IMG/VR virus record: IMGVR_UViG_3300036795_000250
Span: 65,194 to 129,193 of that record
Reading direction: 5' to 3' (one strand)
Length of the DNA: 64,000 bases
Origin: a virus
The notes below the pieces were generated by a model. The model made no database searches and had not been told where the DNA came from. It worked only from the letters and a program-made list of their open reading frames with translations. Position numbers and translations under genes: made by a program. Below are positions 1 to 10,048 of this stretch, piece after piece (position 1 is the stretch's first letter; each line of letters opens with the position of its first letter).

Positions 1-83
1 ATCGGCGAGCCATGAGAAACGTAATGGACGGCTCGCCCGACGGATGGATTTTGCTCGGTCATCATGGAACCTTTCGCTTCTCG

Positions 84-407
84 CTATTGCTCTTGGTTGA
101 GTTGGACGGTTTTTCGCTTCCAGGACAGGAACTCCGCAGCATCGAACCGTTCGAGCATCGCGGCAAGAGTCGGCTCGATGGACACACCATGCGGGACAAT
201 CTCTATGGCGTAGTCGTCATCTGCCTCGCGGTCCTCAATCGTCACCGACGACTCGCCGGTAGACAGCGTCTCCATGGACAGGTTCCCGCCAGCCGCCTTG
301 AGCGCGTCATACATCGGCGCACAGGTGTCGGGCACCTGAGCATAGGCAGGGACTCGTTGGCCGTCTGGTGGGCGGTACCACAGCAGTGAGACAATCATGA
401 GGGTCAC
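84..407 (-). CDS. hypothetical protein
   Basis: ATG ORF overlapping its upstream neighbour by 4 nt (ATGA coupling). Confidence 0.6.
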   Translation of the reverse strand: MTLMIVSLLWYRPPDGQRVPAYAQVPDTCAPMYDALKAAGGNLSMETLSTGESSVTIEDREADDDYAIEIVPHGVSIEPTLAAMLERFDAAEFLSWKRKTVQLNQEQ

Positions 408-673
408 CTCGTTCCTGGGATCAGAGCTCTCAGCAGGTTCTTCTTCAGTACCTGCTCATCCCACAGCTCGATCTGTCCCGGCACTACTTGCGAAGGGTTG
501 AGCGCGTCGAATGAATATTGGTCGACTGAGCACTGGTCCACTTCCGGACCGTCCTTCCACCACACCACAAGCTTCAAACCAGCAAAGAGCGGGTGCGGCA
601 TCTGTCCTATGAAGACCCAGGTGCCAGTGTGGTTGGTGACACGGACGCCGGGTGTGAGATCAGAAACCTTCAT
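404..673 (-). CDS. hypothetical protein
   Basis: 89 aa, ATGA-coupled on both sides. Confidence 0.65.
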   Translation of the reverse strand: MKVSDLTPGVRVTNHTGTWVFIGQMPHPLFAGLKLVVWWKDGPEVDQCSVDQYSFDALNPSQVVPGQIELWDEQVLKKNLLRALIPGTR

Positions 674-1326
674 ATCTCCTCCACCTGGGTAGTGCCGTCA
701 TCGCCAAGCGCGAACCGATAGCGTTTGTCAGCCACGTCAAGGAACTCATCCTGGTGACTGACCAGGATGATCTGGACCCCGCTCTTGTCGGTCAGGTCTC
801 GTAGGAATTCAGCCATCAACGGCACATACTCCTTACTTAAATGGGCGAATGGTTCGTCCAGCACCAACACCGAGTCCCGCCACGCAGGTTTGGAGAGCAG
901 CAACACCACCAGCCGAAGCAGGAATCCCACCACTGCGGCGAGTCCACCGCCTCGGGCCGCCATGATGTCGGTGTCGATGACCCGCCCGTCAGTCAGTGTG
1001 GAGCGCACGATGAACTCCACGCTCGCCTGCTTGCCACGGTGGCTCGTGATGATGTGGAAGGACAGCTCATCGCCGAACACCGTGTGCAGTCCACGAGTGA
1101 CGAGAGCCTCAATCTGCGCCTGCGCGGTTGCTTGCCGCTGCTCGCCAATCGTCGAGAGCACCGTCATGACGTGGTCGTAGCGATCGATCTCCGCTTGCAG
1201 CTTGACGACCTCGCTCTGGATTTCCTTGCCGTGCGATGCCATGTGGCGCGCTTGCCCGGTGAGCTGGTCCAGTTCCCGTTGCATTGCCTGGATTCGGCTG
1301 ATCAGCGGTCCTAGTTCGACATCCAT
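670..1326 (-). CDS. SbcC/Rad50-like ATPase, C-terminal half
   Basis: N-terminal coiled coil, signature-like ARGGG, Walker B/D-loop VLVLDEPFAHLS, H-loop IILVSH; no Walker A. Confidence 0.85.
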   Translation of the reverse strand: MDVELGPLISRIQAMQRELDQLTGQARHMASHGKEIQSEVVKLQAEIDRYDHVMTVLSTIGEQRQATAQAQIEALVTRGLHTVFGDELSFHIITSHRGKQASVEFIVRSTLTDGRVIDTDIMAARGGGLAAVVGFLLRLVVLLLSKPAWRDSVLVLDEPFAHLSKEYVPLMAEFLRDLTDKSGVQIILVSHQDEFLDVADKRYRFALGDDGTTQVEEI

Positions 1327-2466
1327 CTATGTGATCCAGTCACTTGACATTTGTTGGATGACGCCGACCGTGCCCGCGTCGTCATCACGCAGCATCAGCG
1401 GAGCCTTCTTCGTCTTGCTGCTGTTGCCGAGCTTGAAGAGACAACTGACGCCGGACTGCGATTGCAGTAGCTCCACGAGGCGCAGGTGGTTCAGGATCAA
1501 CTCTTGATCCTTGCTGTCCCACACCACCGTCAGCGCCTCCTGCGCGCTGTTGCCCTGCTTGTCGGACGAGCTGATCGTCAGCGTGCCGGGTGTGAGCGCC
1601 AGGCGCACCGCGCTGGTCTCGGGATCGGCATTCACTCGTACCCGTTTGATCGCATCGATCAACTCCTGGCGGCCCAACTCCAATGGGTACCTGTTCTCTA
1701 ACGCCGGGCGTAGCAACAGATGCTCGACGTCCGGGAAGCGGGTCATCAGCTTCCTGAGGACGAAGACATCAGCGCCGATCCGGAAGGCGCAGTGGCGTTC
1801 GCCGGTTCCGATTTCTAGCTCGGTAGACTCACTGCTCCGCAGCAACTTGCTCAGGTCATCGACCGCGTTGGCCGGGATCTGGAGCGAGAGCGGGAACTCC
1901 AGGACGCTCGCTTGCTGGAACCGCAGACCGTCGCACGCGGTCAGCCGACTATGGGCAATGTCGATCATCATCAGCGCGATGCGCTCGATGTTCTTGCTCA
2001 CCGCCCCGCGCACCGAGGCAAGAGCGGTCAGGAAGCGCGCTCGGTCGGTGGTCGCCCAGACCATGGTGTCCAGGTCCGGCAGCGGTGGGTAGTCACGTTC
2101 CTGGGTAAGCCGCACCGTCCAGCGGGCCCGGCCGATGCGGATCTGCGCGGTGCTGTCGGCCACCTCGATCTCCACGGTGCCGGCCCGCGCCCCGGCCGAG
2201 CGCATGATCTCCATCATCCGCTTGGCGGGCACCAGCACCGTGCCACCGTGGCTGACCTCGGCCACCGTGGTCGACACGAGCATGGATTGCTCCAGGTTGC
2301 TGGCGAGCACCTGCACCTGGTTCGCAGATCGCTCGGTGCTGCCAGCTGTCAGTTGGAAGTTCTTCAACACCGGCAGCAGTTCCTTGGTCGTCACGACCAC
2401 GAACGCCTTTTCCAGGAGGGCATGCAGCGCCCCACTGTCAGCGCAGAAGAACAGGTCGGTGCTCAT
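1327..2466 (-). CDS. dnaN: DNA polymerase III beta sliding clamp
   Basis: 379 aa; LPVLKNFQL, ASNLE, GTVLVPAK, DYPPLP, ACDGLR, RFPDVEHLL, LIDAIKRV motifs typical of DnaN. Confidence 0.9.
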   Translation of the reverse strand: MSTDLFFCADSGALHALLEKAFVVVTTKELLPVLKNFQLTAGSTERSANQVQVLASNLEQSMLVSTTVAEVSHGGTVLVPAKRMMEIMRSAGARAGTVEIEVADSTAQIRIGRARWTVRLTQERDYPPLPDLDTMVWATTDRARFLTALASVRGAVSKNIERIALMMIDIAHSRLTACDGLRFQQASVLEFPLSLQIPANAVDDLSKLLRSSESTELEIGTGERHCAFRIGADVFVLRKLMTRFPDVEHLLLRPALENRYPLELGRQELIDAIKRVRVNADPETSAVRLALTPGTLTISSSDKQGNSAQEALTVVWDSKDQELILNHLRLVELLQSQSGVSCLFKLGNSSKTKKAPLMLRDDDAGTVGVIQQMSSDWIT

Positions 2467-2705
2467 GCGCCCAACGCTGCCTGGAGCTGTTGCACCTGCG
2501 CGGCCAGATCTGCCTTCAGGCTTGTGAGCAGAGTGAGCCCCTCGTCGATCGTGGTGACGCCAAACTCACGAGCGAGCGCCGCCGTCGACTCTCGCACCGT
2601 GGCGATGGCGGCATCTCGTTGATGCTGTGCCTTGGCCTGTTCTCGCTGCGCCGCCCCGATCCGTTCTTTGATCTGGCGTATCTGGTCGTCCAGAGTGTCG
2701 GTCAT
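2463..2705 (-). CDS. coiled-coil hypothetical protein
   Basis: start MTDTLDDQ at 2705; ATGA-coupled to dnaN. Confidence 0.65.
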   Translation of the reverse strand: MTDTLDDQIRQIKERIGAAQREQAKAQHQRDAAIATVRESTAALAREFGVTTIDEGLTLLTSLKADLAAQVQQLQAALGA

Positions 2706-2713
2706 GTCGTGCC

Positions 2714-2875
2714 TCACATCTCGCAGTCTTGGACTGCGATGACAAGATCCTGGGTGTCCTCGGTGCCTTCCTCGGCACTCGCCAGCCAAAACAGCACTGT
2801 GGACACTGGCTGGTTGACGTCCTCCTGTTTCACACCATGCCGGTCGCTGAAGATGATGGTGTAGAGGCCGCTCAC
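2714..2875 (-). CDS. small hypothetical protein (53 aa, not in ORF track)
   Basis: GTG overlapping the upstream stop; MSGLYTIIFSDRHGVKQEDVNQ...; fills the operon gap. Confidence 0.5.
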   Translation of the reverse strand: MSGLYTIIFSDRHGVKQEDVNQPVSTVLFWLASAEEGTEDTQDLVIAVQDCEM

Positions 2876-3708
2876 AGGAGATCTCCGTTCCCGACTAGCG
2901 AGGTGGGTAGCTTGCCGTTGACTGGTTTAAATTTTATGCAGGCATGGTGCACTGGACAGTAGGTGCACCCGGACGTGCCTTGCTTCGGTTCAAAGTCTTG
3001 TTGCCAGACATCGGTGGCGAATCGGCAGATCCGTGACCACAGTTGTGCCCGGTCGTCATCGGAGATGGTGAAGCCGAGGACCTGTTCGGTACACATGGGC
3101 TGGATGAGCCCGGTCATGTGTGCGTAGTCGCCGAACATCGCGGACAGCGCCAGATCGTAGAACACCAGCTGCGCCATCGTTTTACGCCAGTAGCTCTCGT
3201 TGCGGGTCGCTTTCAGATCCCAGATTCCCCAGTGCCCCTGTGCATTGCGGGTCAGCAGGTCCATCTCGCCCCGAAGATGGATGCAGGTCGGCTCACCCGT
3301 CAGCGACGGGATCTGCACCGGCACCGTGAATCGCTTGGCCGGCTCATAGTCGTAGGCCAGGACCAGTCTGCGTAGGATCGGCTCCAGCCGACGCACGAGT
3401 TCCGTGCAGAACTCACGAAGCTCACTGCGGTCGCTGCGCGACTTCCACCGGACCACACCATCTCCGGTCTCCAGCGACTCTTTCTCACACGAGACGATGA
3501 AGTCATCGACCATCGTGATCATCGCGCCAGGGGTCTGCTCCGGCTCCATCAGCCACGCGCGCATGATCCGATCGGCTACGGTGCCGTGGAAGAAGGGGCG
3601 CACGTCTTTGGACGGGTTCCGATGCCCGGTCCTGAACAGCATGCCTTGTTGCTTGCAGAACTCGTGTGCTTGCAGGCTGCTCCACGAGATCGAAAGAGGT
3701 TCCATCAC
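2872..3708 (-). CDS. PD-(D/E)XK RecB/Cas4-like exonuclease
   Basis: ISWSSL..HEFC, FHGTVAD, LRGEMDLL, IWDLKA, QLVFY, C-terminal CTYCPVHHAC (Fe-S-type cysteines). Confidence 0.85.
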   Translation of the reverse strand: MMEPLSISWSSLQAHEFCKQQGMLFRTGHRNPSKDVRPFFHGTVADRIMRAWLMEPEQTPGAMITMVDDFIVSCEKESLETGDGVVRWKSRSDRSELREFCTELVRRLEPILRRLVLAYDYEPAKRFTVPVQIPSLTGEPTCIHLRGEMDLLTRNAQGHWGIWDLKATRNESYWRKTMAQLVFYDLALSAMFGDYAHMTGLIQPMCTEQVLGFTISDDDRAQLWSRICRFATDVWQQDFEPKQGTSGCTYCPVHHACIKFKPVNGKLPTSLVGNGDLL

Positions 3709-4718
3709 GCTGCCCCGTGTAATAGCTCCATGATGAGCTGCTCGGTCTCATGTCCCAGTTGCAACGAGCGGACGTGCTCCATCACAGACTCGATGCTGGT
3801 GATCTCGATGGTTGCTTCACCGATCGACGCCAAGAACTGGTCCAGATCGACCTGGGTTTGTTTCTTCTGTGCTGCCTCGGTCAGCTTGAACACCTCATCG
3901 ATGGGTTTCGCGTCCAGCGGGACACGGGTAAACCGCCCGGCCACTGTGTCCCACTCGGTAGCGACGATCTCCCGAGTCAGGTTGTATTCGTGCAGGCTGC
4001 CCCGGGACAGAGCGCCGTTATTGCAGTACCGAACACCGTTGACGACAAACTCGCCCGCAGGCTCATGGATGTGTCCGTAGTAGACCGCGCCTTGGTTACC
4101 CATGAGGTCGGCGAAGACGTCGGTCGGGAAGTGTTCGAACTCCAGTTCCGTACCGGGTCGGTAAAACGGCGCATGGGTGACGATGAGCGCGGGAGCCGAG
4201 CCGTCCCACCGAGTACGCCAATCGTCCAGCGCGCTTGTGATGACACCGCGCGCGTACGCAGACGGAGTGCCGTCCGAGGCGCGGTCGTTCCAGATCTGGA
4301 GCCAGGGGATGCCGAAGATCGGCAGCTCGACCTCGGTGCGGGCGGCGGGGACGGCAGACCACCCCAGCAAAGGACGTGCGCAGGTCCGCAGCAGCACACC
4401 TAAGGGCTGGCTGTCCAGGACGCTCTCGCTACGGTCATGGGCCATATCGTGATTGCCCATGACGATGTAAAAAGGGCATGGGTAGTCGCTGATCAGTTCG
4501 ATCGATCGCTGTATGAGCCGATGGCTGGTGCGGGCCGGGATCTTGGAGTGGAAGAAGTCGCCCGCCTGCACCACGGCCGCGTAATTCCGGCTCCGCGCGA
4601 GGTCGACGGTTTGCCGCAGCAGAGCGAACAGATCATCGAGGTAGGTGTCCGTGCAGGAAGATGGTGGCCGGTCGGCCAAGTGCAGGTCACCGAGCAACAG
4701 AACCGTGCTCATCCTCAC
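3705..4718 (-). CDS. SbcD/Mre11-like metallophosphoesterase nuclease
   Basis: GDLHL, AGDFFH, GNHD, GHIH motifs. Confidence 0.9.
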   Translation of the reverse strand: MRMSTVLLLGDLHLADRPPSSCTDTYLDDLFALLRQTVDLARSRNYAAVVQAGDFFHSKIPARTSHRLIQRSIELISDYPCPFYIVMGNHDMAHDRSESVLDSQPLGVLLRTCARPLLGWSAVPAARTEVELPIFGIPWLQIWNDRASDGTPSAYARGVITSALDDWRTRWDGSAPALIVTHAPFYRPGTELEFEHFPTDVFADLMGNQGAVYYGHIHEPAGEFVVNGVRYCNNGALSRGSLHEYNLTREIVATEWDTVAGRFTRVPLDAKPIDEVFKLTEAAQKKQTQVDLDQFLASIGEATIEITSIESVMEHVRSLQLGHETEQLIMELLHGAA

Positions 4719-4917
4719 CGTCCTCGATCTTGCGTTCCCAGATGACGTAGCGGTCGCAACCCCAGCACTTCACCTGGTGATAACCTCTCGCCAACATGTC
4801 CGCAGCCCAGGTATTCCAGACGTCAACATGTTTGGGTATGTGCGGATGATGCTGACTCCCATTAGGACACGCCGCTATCTGCTTCTTGGTGGCCTTGTAC
4901 CGACCTTCGTTAGTCAT
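4687..4917 (-). CDS. small Cys-containing hypothetical protein
   Basis: 76 aa with CWGC, fills the operon gap. Confidence 0.5.
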   Translation of the reverse strand: MTNEGRYKATKKQIAACPNGSQHHPHIPKHVDVWNTWAADMLARGYHQVKCWGCDRYVIWERKIEDGEDEHGSVAR

Positions 4918-5847
4918 CTATCCCTCCACCGGCCTGCCGCAGGTCGGACATGTGCCTGCATTCACCAGCGCCGCGTGCAGCGCAGCGTGCTCCTCTTGTT
5001 CCCGCTGCTGCCAATGCAGCAGGCTCGCTTGGTACGTCACCGCGCTCTGCTGTGCTTGTCTGATGGTCGTGGTCAACTGGAGGCAGGTATGCAGTTTCCT
5101 CTGTGCCGCGTTGACCTCGTCCATATCCGGCACCGTGCGAACAACACGATCAGCGAGCACCGTCTCCGCAGCGCGCGCGGCATCAAGCAGCCGGGTCAAT
5201 TTGCTGGTCTCGCTCTGCAACGCCTCGGCGCTGCGCGCGAGGCGCCCAAGCTCGGCGACGCGATGCACGCGCTGCGGGAGATCCTGAAAGGACTGAAGTT
5301 GGGCGCGGAGCCCGTCAAGGTCCTGCTGGCGCACTTTCAACGTGCTCTGCGCACTGAGCCGACGCCGGTTGGCCTCCCGTGCCGCGTCAAAGATGATGCT
5401 GACATTGGTCAGAGCGCCCAACACTCGGGCCACGGTGCCTCCTGACTGGGTCAGCAGATAGGGACGGTCGAACTGGCCGGCGACGTTCAGCGATGAGCCC
5501 TCATCGTCGGCCGGAATGCCCAGCGCCGTCGTCACCGCCTCGGGGACAGCGCCCGCCAGCTTCGTGAACACCAACTCCTCGCCGCCGATGTTGAGCCGGT
5601 ACGCGCCATGATTCTCGCTGCGCTCGATGGTGGCGATCGTGTCCTCGAAATGCAGGCTCACCGAGGCAGCCTTGGCGCCATGACTGATGTAGGAGGTCCC
5701 GCGCGCGTTGCAAATCAGCATCCGCAGCGCACGGATCAGTGCGCTCTTGCCGCTCGACGACGGGCCCACGATCACCGTGAGCCGCCCCAGGCCCAGCTCG
5801 ACCTGACGCAGCGACTGGTAGTGCTGGACCCGAAGCCGTTCCCACAT
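4918..5847 (-). CDS. SbcC/Rad50-like ATPase, N-terminal half ending in a zinc hook
   Basis: LRVQHYQSL, Walker A GPSSSGKS, Q-loop GQFD, coiled coil, terminal CPTCG; start MWERL at 5847. Confidence 0.85.
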   Translation of the reverse strand: MWERLRVQHYQSLRQVELGLGRLTVIVGPSSSGKSALIRALRMLICNARGTSYISHGAKAASVSLHFEDTIATIERSENHGAYRLNIGGEELVFTKLAGAVPEAVTTALGIPADDEGSSLNVAGQFDRPYLLTQSGGTVARVLGALTNVSIIFDAAREANRRRLSAQSTLKVRQQDLDGLRAQLQSFQDLPQRVHRVAELGRLARSAEALQSETSKLTRLLDAARAAETVLADRVVRTVPDMDEVNAAQRKLHTCLQLTTTIRQAQQSAVTYQASLLHWQQREQEEHAALHAALVNAGTCPTCGRPVEG

Positions 5848-6941
5848 CAGACGGAGGGCAGCAGTTGGCGACAGGAGTCGCAACGGCCGGCCACTGCGTA
5901 GGGCAATTGGCCACCGATCGTCATCAACCGATCCGCCGTCTCGGGGCTCACGTCAGCCTGATTCGCCACGGCGGTCACCGCCTGCATCACGCTGTACATG
6001 GACAGGTTCGTCTCGTCGACCATGGAGTTGATGATCGCGGTGCGCTGCGGCACTGGCACGCGGAATCGGGTGAACACGTCGCGCAGCACATCCACCGTCT
6101 CTCCCTGGATCGAGGTGTCTGCCATTACCTGCACCGCGTCCAACGAGGACTCCAGGCCGCCCAGCACGCCGTCCACCGCCGCTCGCGCCCACTCATAGAC
6201 TTCCTCGCTCTGCCCGGCCCGCCGGGACCACGTGCCGCTGCTGGCGTGCGTATCGATAGAGCCGTTCGTGCACCAAAACCGGAACAAATAGCCGTCGATG
6301 CTGGTCGGGTGCTCACCAGACAAGGAGTTCAGGATCTGGAGACCGACCGACCACGAGTCATTTTCGGTCCCGGTCCGCTCGATCACCCGCTGCTTCTCGG
6401 GGATGATCAGACGCAGCCGGGTGGTGCGCAAGGTGTGCTGGAACTTGGACTTGTCCACCAGCACCTCGCCCACACCGTATTTGTCCTCGATCCCTTGGAG
6501 TACCTCGGACACGAGCCGCTGGTTGCTGAAGGGCAGCAGCGAGTCCTTGCTGACGGCCAGCACCGTGTCCTCGCGCGCGAGGGCCTTGTACTTCGTCGGC
6601 ATGTGGTTGTCGCTGTACCAGTAGTTCAGCTGCGGCTCGATCAGCGCGGCCGGGGTACGCAGGGTATAGGCCCGAGGCAGACCGCAGGCGCTGGTCGTCT
6701 CCAGCGCGGCATCCTTGGTCAGCTGGTACTCGCGCCGTCCAATGGAGACGTAGGCATCGACCCGAGCCAAACCATCGGCCGCCTCCAGGGCGTGGTTCCA
6801 GCCCGGCTCCAGCCGGAACCGGACGGGTTCCGTCGGCACCGTGAAGGGCACCGTGGTTAGTGGCTCGGTGGTGGCGAGGATCTCGCGAGTCTGCGCTAGC
6901 GAGAGCATGCGCCCCCGGACATCGTCGATCGTGTAGGTCAT
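5847..6941 (-). CDS. DUF932-family protein
   Basis: GLQILNSLSG..SIDGYLFRFWCTNG motif. Confidence 0.7.
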   Translation of the reverse strand: MTYTIDDVRGRMLSLAQTREILATTEPLTTVPFTVPTEPVRFRLEPGWNHALEAADGLARVDAYVSIGRREYQLTKDAALETTSACGLPRAYTLRTPAALIEPQLNYWYSDNHMPTKYKALAREDTVLAVSKDSLLPFSNQRLVSEVLQGIEDKYGVGEVLVDKSKFQHTLRTTRLRLIIPEKQRVIERTGTENDSWSVGLQILNSLSGEHPTSIDGYLFRFWCTNGSIDTHASSGTWSRRAGQSEEVYEWARAAVDGVLGGLESSLDAVQVMADTSIQGETVDVLRDVFTRFRVPVPQRTAIINSMVDETNLSMYSVMQAVTAVANQADVSPETADRLMTIGGQLPYAVAGRCDSCRQLLPSV

Positions 6942-6976
6942 CGTCCTTGTCCTCTCCCCGGAAGGGGCTTCCTTTT

Positions 6977-8383
6977 TTATGCTTGGGGGTCTGTCGTGAT
7001 GAGTAGCCCTGCCAACTCATCGGGATCGGTAATCACCTTGCTCGGCTTACTGGCGACGCGAGCCGGCGCTGGTGCCACGTCATCAGAAGCGGAGTCCTCC
7101 TCAACGGACACCAGGAGGTCGTTGAGAGCGGAACGGTGCGGCGGTTGCACCGACGGCTCGTCCTCCACCTGCCAGTCGATGTCTCCACCGGTCGTCAGCG
7201 ACGTCAGCTCATCGCCGCTCAGCGGCTCGGGGTGGATTGCGGCCTGAACCTCGGCGGGCTGGATGACCAACTCCCGAGCCATCGCGATGGCTTTCCAGCG
7301 CCATGCCGGGTGTGCGTCCGCATAGGACAGAATGTTCTCTTCACCTCGGACATAGAACCGGCCGATGCTGGTCTGGTCCATGTCTGCTGCGGCTAGCGTC
7401 TGGTCGTTCATGTAGTAGTAGCCGCTAGACAGCTTGATGTTGCCGTAGGCCACCAGCACTTGCAGCGCCGACCACAGCTCGTCGAACCCCTGCCCATAGC
7501 GGATACGGATCTCCGCCTCGCGGAACGGCACGCCAACTTTGTTCTTTACTGCCTTGACTTTGACCTGGGTTGATAGAGGGCGCTCGACATAGGCGTCATG
7601 GAGGGCGTCCCACACCTTTCCCTTAATCGTCTTGATCTGGCGGTACTCCAAGCGCAGGCTGGCGTAGTACTTCAGGGCCTTGCCGCCCGAACTGGTGACC
7701 TTCGGAGGCAGCCCGGGTCGCCCGCCGACCATCGCCACTTCTTCCATCAGGTGGTTCAGGAAGACCGCGCACGACGCCGTTTCGGAGAGCATCGCGTTGA
7801 GCAGCCGGAGCAAGCCGGCCAGCAGCCGTGCTCGGTTCATCGCGCTCGTGCGCTGATCGAATGACCCGTCCTCGATGGACGCGGGCGTCATCGCCGCCAC
7901 CGAGTCCCAGATGGACATCCGTACCTGACCCGTCGGGATCAGCTTGAGGGCCACCTCGGCGCCTTCTTCCAGCCACGCCGGCTGGACCAGAAGGAAGCTC
8001 GGGTGCTCCACATCCAGACCCAACGCTTTGCTGTAGTTGAGATCCAATGCGTGTTCGTAGTCGAGATAGAGGATGTACTCCTCGCGTCCCGACGTGATGA
8101 TGTCTTGCTGCAATCGAGCTGCTGCTTGAAGCGCTGTTGTGCTCTTCCCTGACGAGGGCAGCCCGTAGAGCTCCGTGATGCGACCCAGCGGTATGCCGCC
8201 CACGGCGGAGACGTAGTCGACCGCGATGTTCCCGGTCGAGGTCGCCTGCACCGGGCGCACCACGTCGCTGAACGTGCCAATACGCAGGTTGGACTTCTTG
8301 GCGATGTCCTTGATCAGTGAGGCAACAGAAGGGCTCGACTCGGATACCAAGTTCATCGCCTTCTCAACTGGTAGAAGCAGCAT
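6977..8383 (-). CDS. recA: RecA-like recombinase with acidic C-terminal tail
   Basis: GGIPLGRITELYGLPSSGKST, DYEHALD, WDSVAAM, GGKALKYYASLRL, KNKVGVPFREAE; start may be 8356. Confidence 0.95.
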   Translation of the reverse strand: MLLLPVEKAMNLVSESSPSVASLIKDIAKKSNLRIGTFSDVVRPVQATSTGNIAVDYVSAVGGIPLGRITELYGLPSSGKSTTALQAAARLQQDIITSGREEYILYLDYEHALDLNYSKALGLDVEHPSFLLVQPAWLEEGAEVALKLIPTGQVRMSIWDSVAAMTPASIEDGSFDQRTSAMNRARLLAGLLRLLNAMLSETASCAVFLNHLMEEVAMVGGRPGLPPKVTSSGGKALKYYASLRLEYRQIKTIKGKVWDALHDAYVERPLSTQVKVKAVKNKVGVPFREAEIRIRYGQGFDELWSALQVLVAYGNIKLSSGYYYMNDQTLAAADMDQTSIGRFYVRGEENILSYADAHPAWRWKAIAMARELVIQPAEVQAAIHPEPLSGDELTSLTTGGDIDWQVEDEPSVQPPHRSALNDLLVSVEEDSASDDVAPAPARVASKPSKVITDPDELAGLLITTDPQA

Positions 8384-8825
8384 CGTGGGCGCGCGAGGCG
8401 CTTAGGAGCGCTGTGGCTGGCGGGTGAAGTAGATAGTCAATGCCTCGCTGTAGAGCATCAGGGCTATTGCGGAGATGACCTAACACTCCTTGGTTACACG
8501 GGCCGCAGAGCAGTCCACGGACACACTGTCCACAGGCAGGTAGCTCGGGACAGCATAAGTGGTCGTGGTCCACCGGAAGCCGCTTCGTTTTACCGGTAGC
8601 CCGCTGGCAGATGTAACACACACCGCCTTGGGCTTCGTATAACTCCCAGTATTGTTCGCCGGTGATGCCGTAATTGCGGAGCACTGTCAGTGAATGTGCC
8701 CGATCCCGATTCGCTCGAACCTTAAGCCGGTGGTGGGTGTGACACCGAGGACCTGGATACGGTGCCGGCCGGGTGCTGGCCGGTCCGCAGTCCTTGCACA
8801 CCTTCTTGCGGGGAATGGCTGCCAC
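8364..8825 (-). CDS. recombination endonuclease VII
   Basis: YGIT.EQY..L...QGGVCYIC, LPVDHDH, VRGLLCGPCN..LG. Confidence 0.9.
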   Translation of the reverse strand: MAAIPRKKVCKDCGPASTRPAPYPGPRCHTHHRLKVRANRDRAHSLTVLRNYGITGEQYWELYEAQGGVCYICQRATGKTKRLPVDHDHLCCPELPACGQCVRGLLCGPCNQGVLGHLRNSPDALQRGIDYLLHPPATALLSASRAHDAASTS

Positions 8826-8833
8826 GGCAGTCT

Positions 8834-9928
8834 CTAGGCGTCGAGCTGGTTCAGCAGATCATCGAACGACAACGGGGCCGCTGCGATGGCGGGTGACGGG
8901 CTCGCTGGAGCTGGGCTCGCAGACGCGGCTCCGGGTGCTGCCGACGGTGCCGACGGAGCTAGCTCCGTGCTCGGTACACCGGCCGTGGCATCCTGCACGG
9001 CGGCGAAACCGGCGCCCGCAGGGTCGGTTGCCGTGCTGGCCGCGTCCTGCCCGCCTGTGAGTAACGTGGAGAAGTCTTCGGTACGCGGCGGGCTCGGTGC
9101 GAACTCGTCCAGGCCGCCAGGGTGATCCTTGAGCAACGCGTCCAGACCCTCGGTGAGAGACTCCGCGCTCTGCGTGGCGTCCTGCTCCGGCTGGCCGTTC
9201 ACGATGCGCCAACGCGCCTGCACCTTCTCTAGGTCCTCGATCATCCAGGAGCGCTCGACCTTGCGGCCACAGAACGCCTCCAGGTTCGGAGCCTTGTTCT
9301 CCCGGAACGTCTGGAGGACGTTGGCCTTCTGCTCTTCGCTGTCCTGCCAGGCGGCCTTGGCCGAGATAGCGATGTCGAACTTCTGGAAGTCACCCGAGAG
9401 ACAGGGGCCCAGGAGCAGATCGTGATTCTGGAGGCTGCCCCACTCCGCGACAAAGTCGACCAGCTTGTTGAAGATCGAGTCCGGGAAGGCCCACACCATC
9501 AACTGGCAGGAGAACGGCGAGGCGAGGTCGAAGCCGCCGCCGGTCGATTTGAGGGTGTACCGCACGACGTGCATGGCGAAGCGACGCTCGGGCGGAGATG
9601 CCATATCCGACGTGCTGGCCAGTGCGCACACCGGACAGTTCTTCGGATCGGTTCCCTTGTCCTCCAGAATGCCTTCATCACCGAGGCAGAGCGGCCGGCC
9701 GATGAAGTCCATCTTCAGGACCTCACGAGACTCGCCGCTCTTGGTCTCCACGGGCACGTATTTGGGCTGGCCGTTCACGATGGTCGGCGCGCGCAGCGTG
9801 TGAACGAAGGCGAACGCTGGTTCTTCCGGGCACAGAATCCGGGCCCGTTCATCCTTAGCCAGCTTCAGCTTAGGATAGTCGGACATGCTCGTATTCTTGT
9901 TCTTAGCCTCAAAGCTCATTTGGCGCAT
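8834..9928 (-). CDS. putative single-stranded DNA-binding protein (T4 gp32-like)
   Basis: CPVC motif, low-complexity acidic tail ending FDDLLNQLDA, position beside recA. Confidence 0.6.
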   Translation of the reverse strand: MRQMSFEAKNKNTSMSDYPKLKLAKDERARILCPEEPAFAFVHTLRAPTIVNGQPKYVPVETKSGESREVLKMDFIGRPLCLGDEGILEDKGTDPKNCPVCALASTSDMASPPERRFAMHVVRYTLKSTGGGFDLASPFSCQLMVWAFPDSIFNKLVDFVAEWGSLQNHDLLLGPCLSGDFQKFDIAISAKAAWQDSEEQKANVLQTFRENKAPNLEAFCGRKVERSWMIEDLEKVQARWRIVNGQPEQDATQSAESLTEGLDALLKDHPGGLDEFAPSPPRTEDFSTLLTGGQDAASTATDPAGAGFAAVQDATAGVPSTELAPSAPSAAPGAASASPAPASPSPAIAAAPLSFDDLLNQLDA

Positions 9929-10048
9929 AGTTTTTACTCGTCTTCTCGGTTATGGTGGTGTGTAAGGCAGTCGGGACTCGACCGCACGAATCACAGTACG
10001 GGGTGCCTCCGACATTTCACCACGACCTGGTGAGGGTTTATTCGGGCC

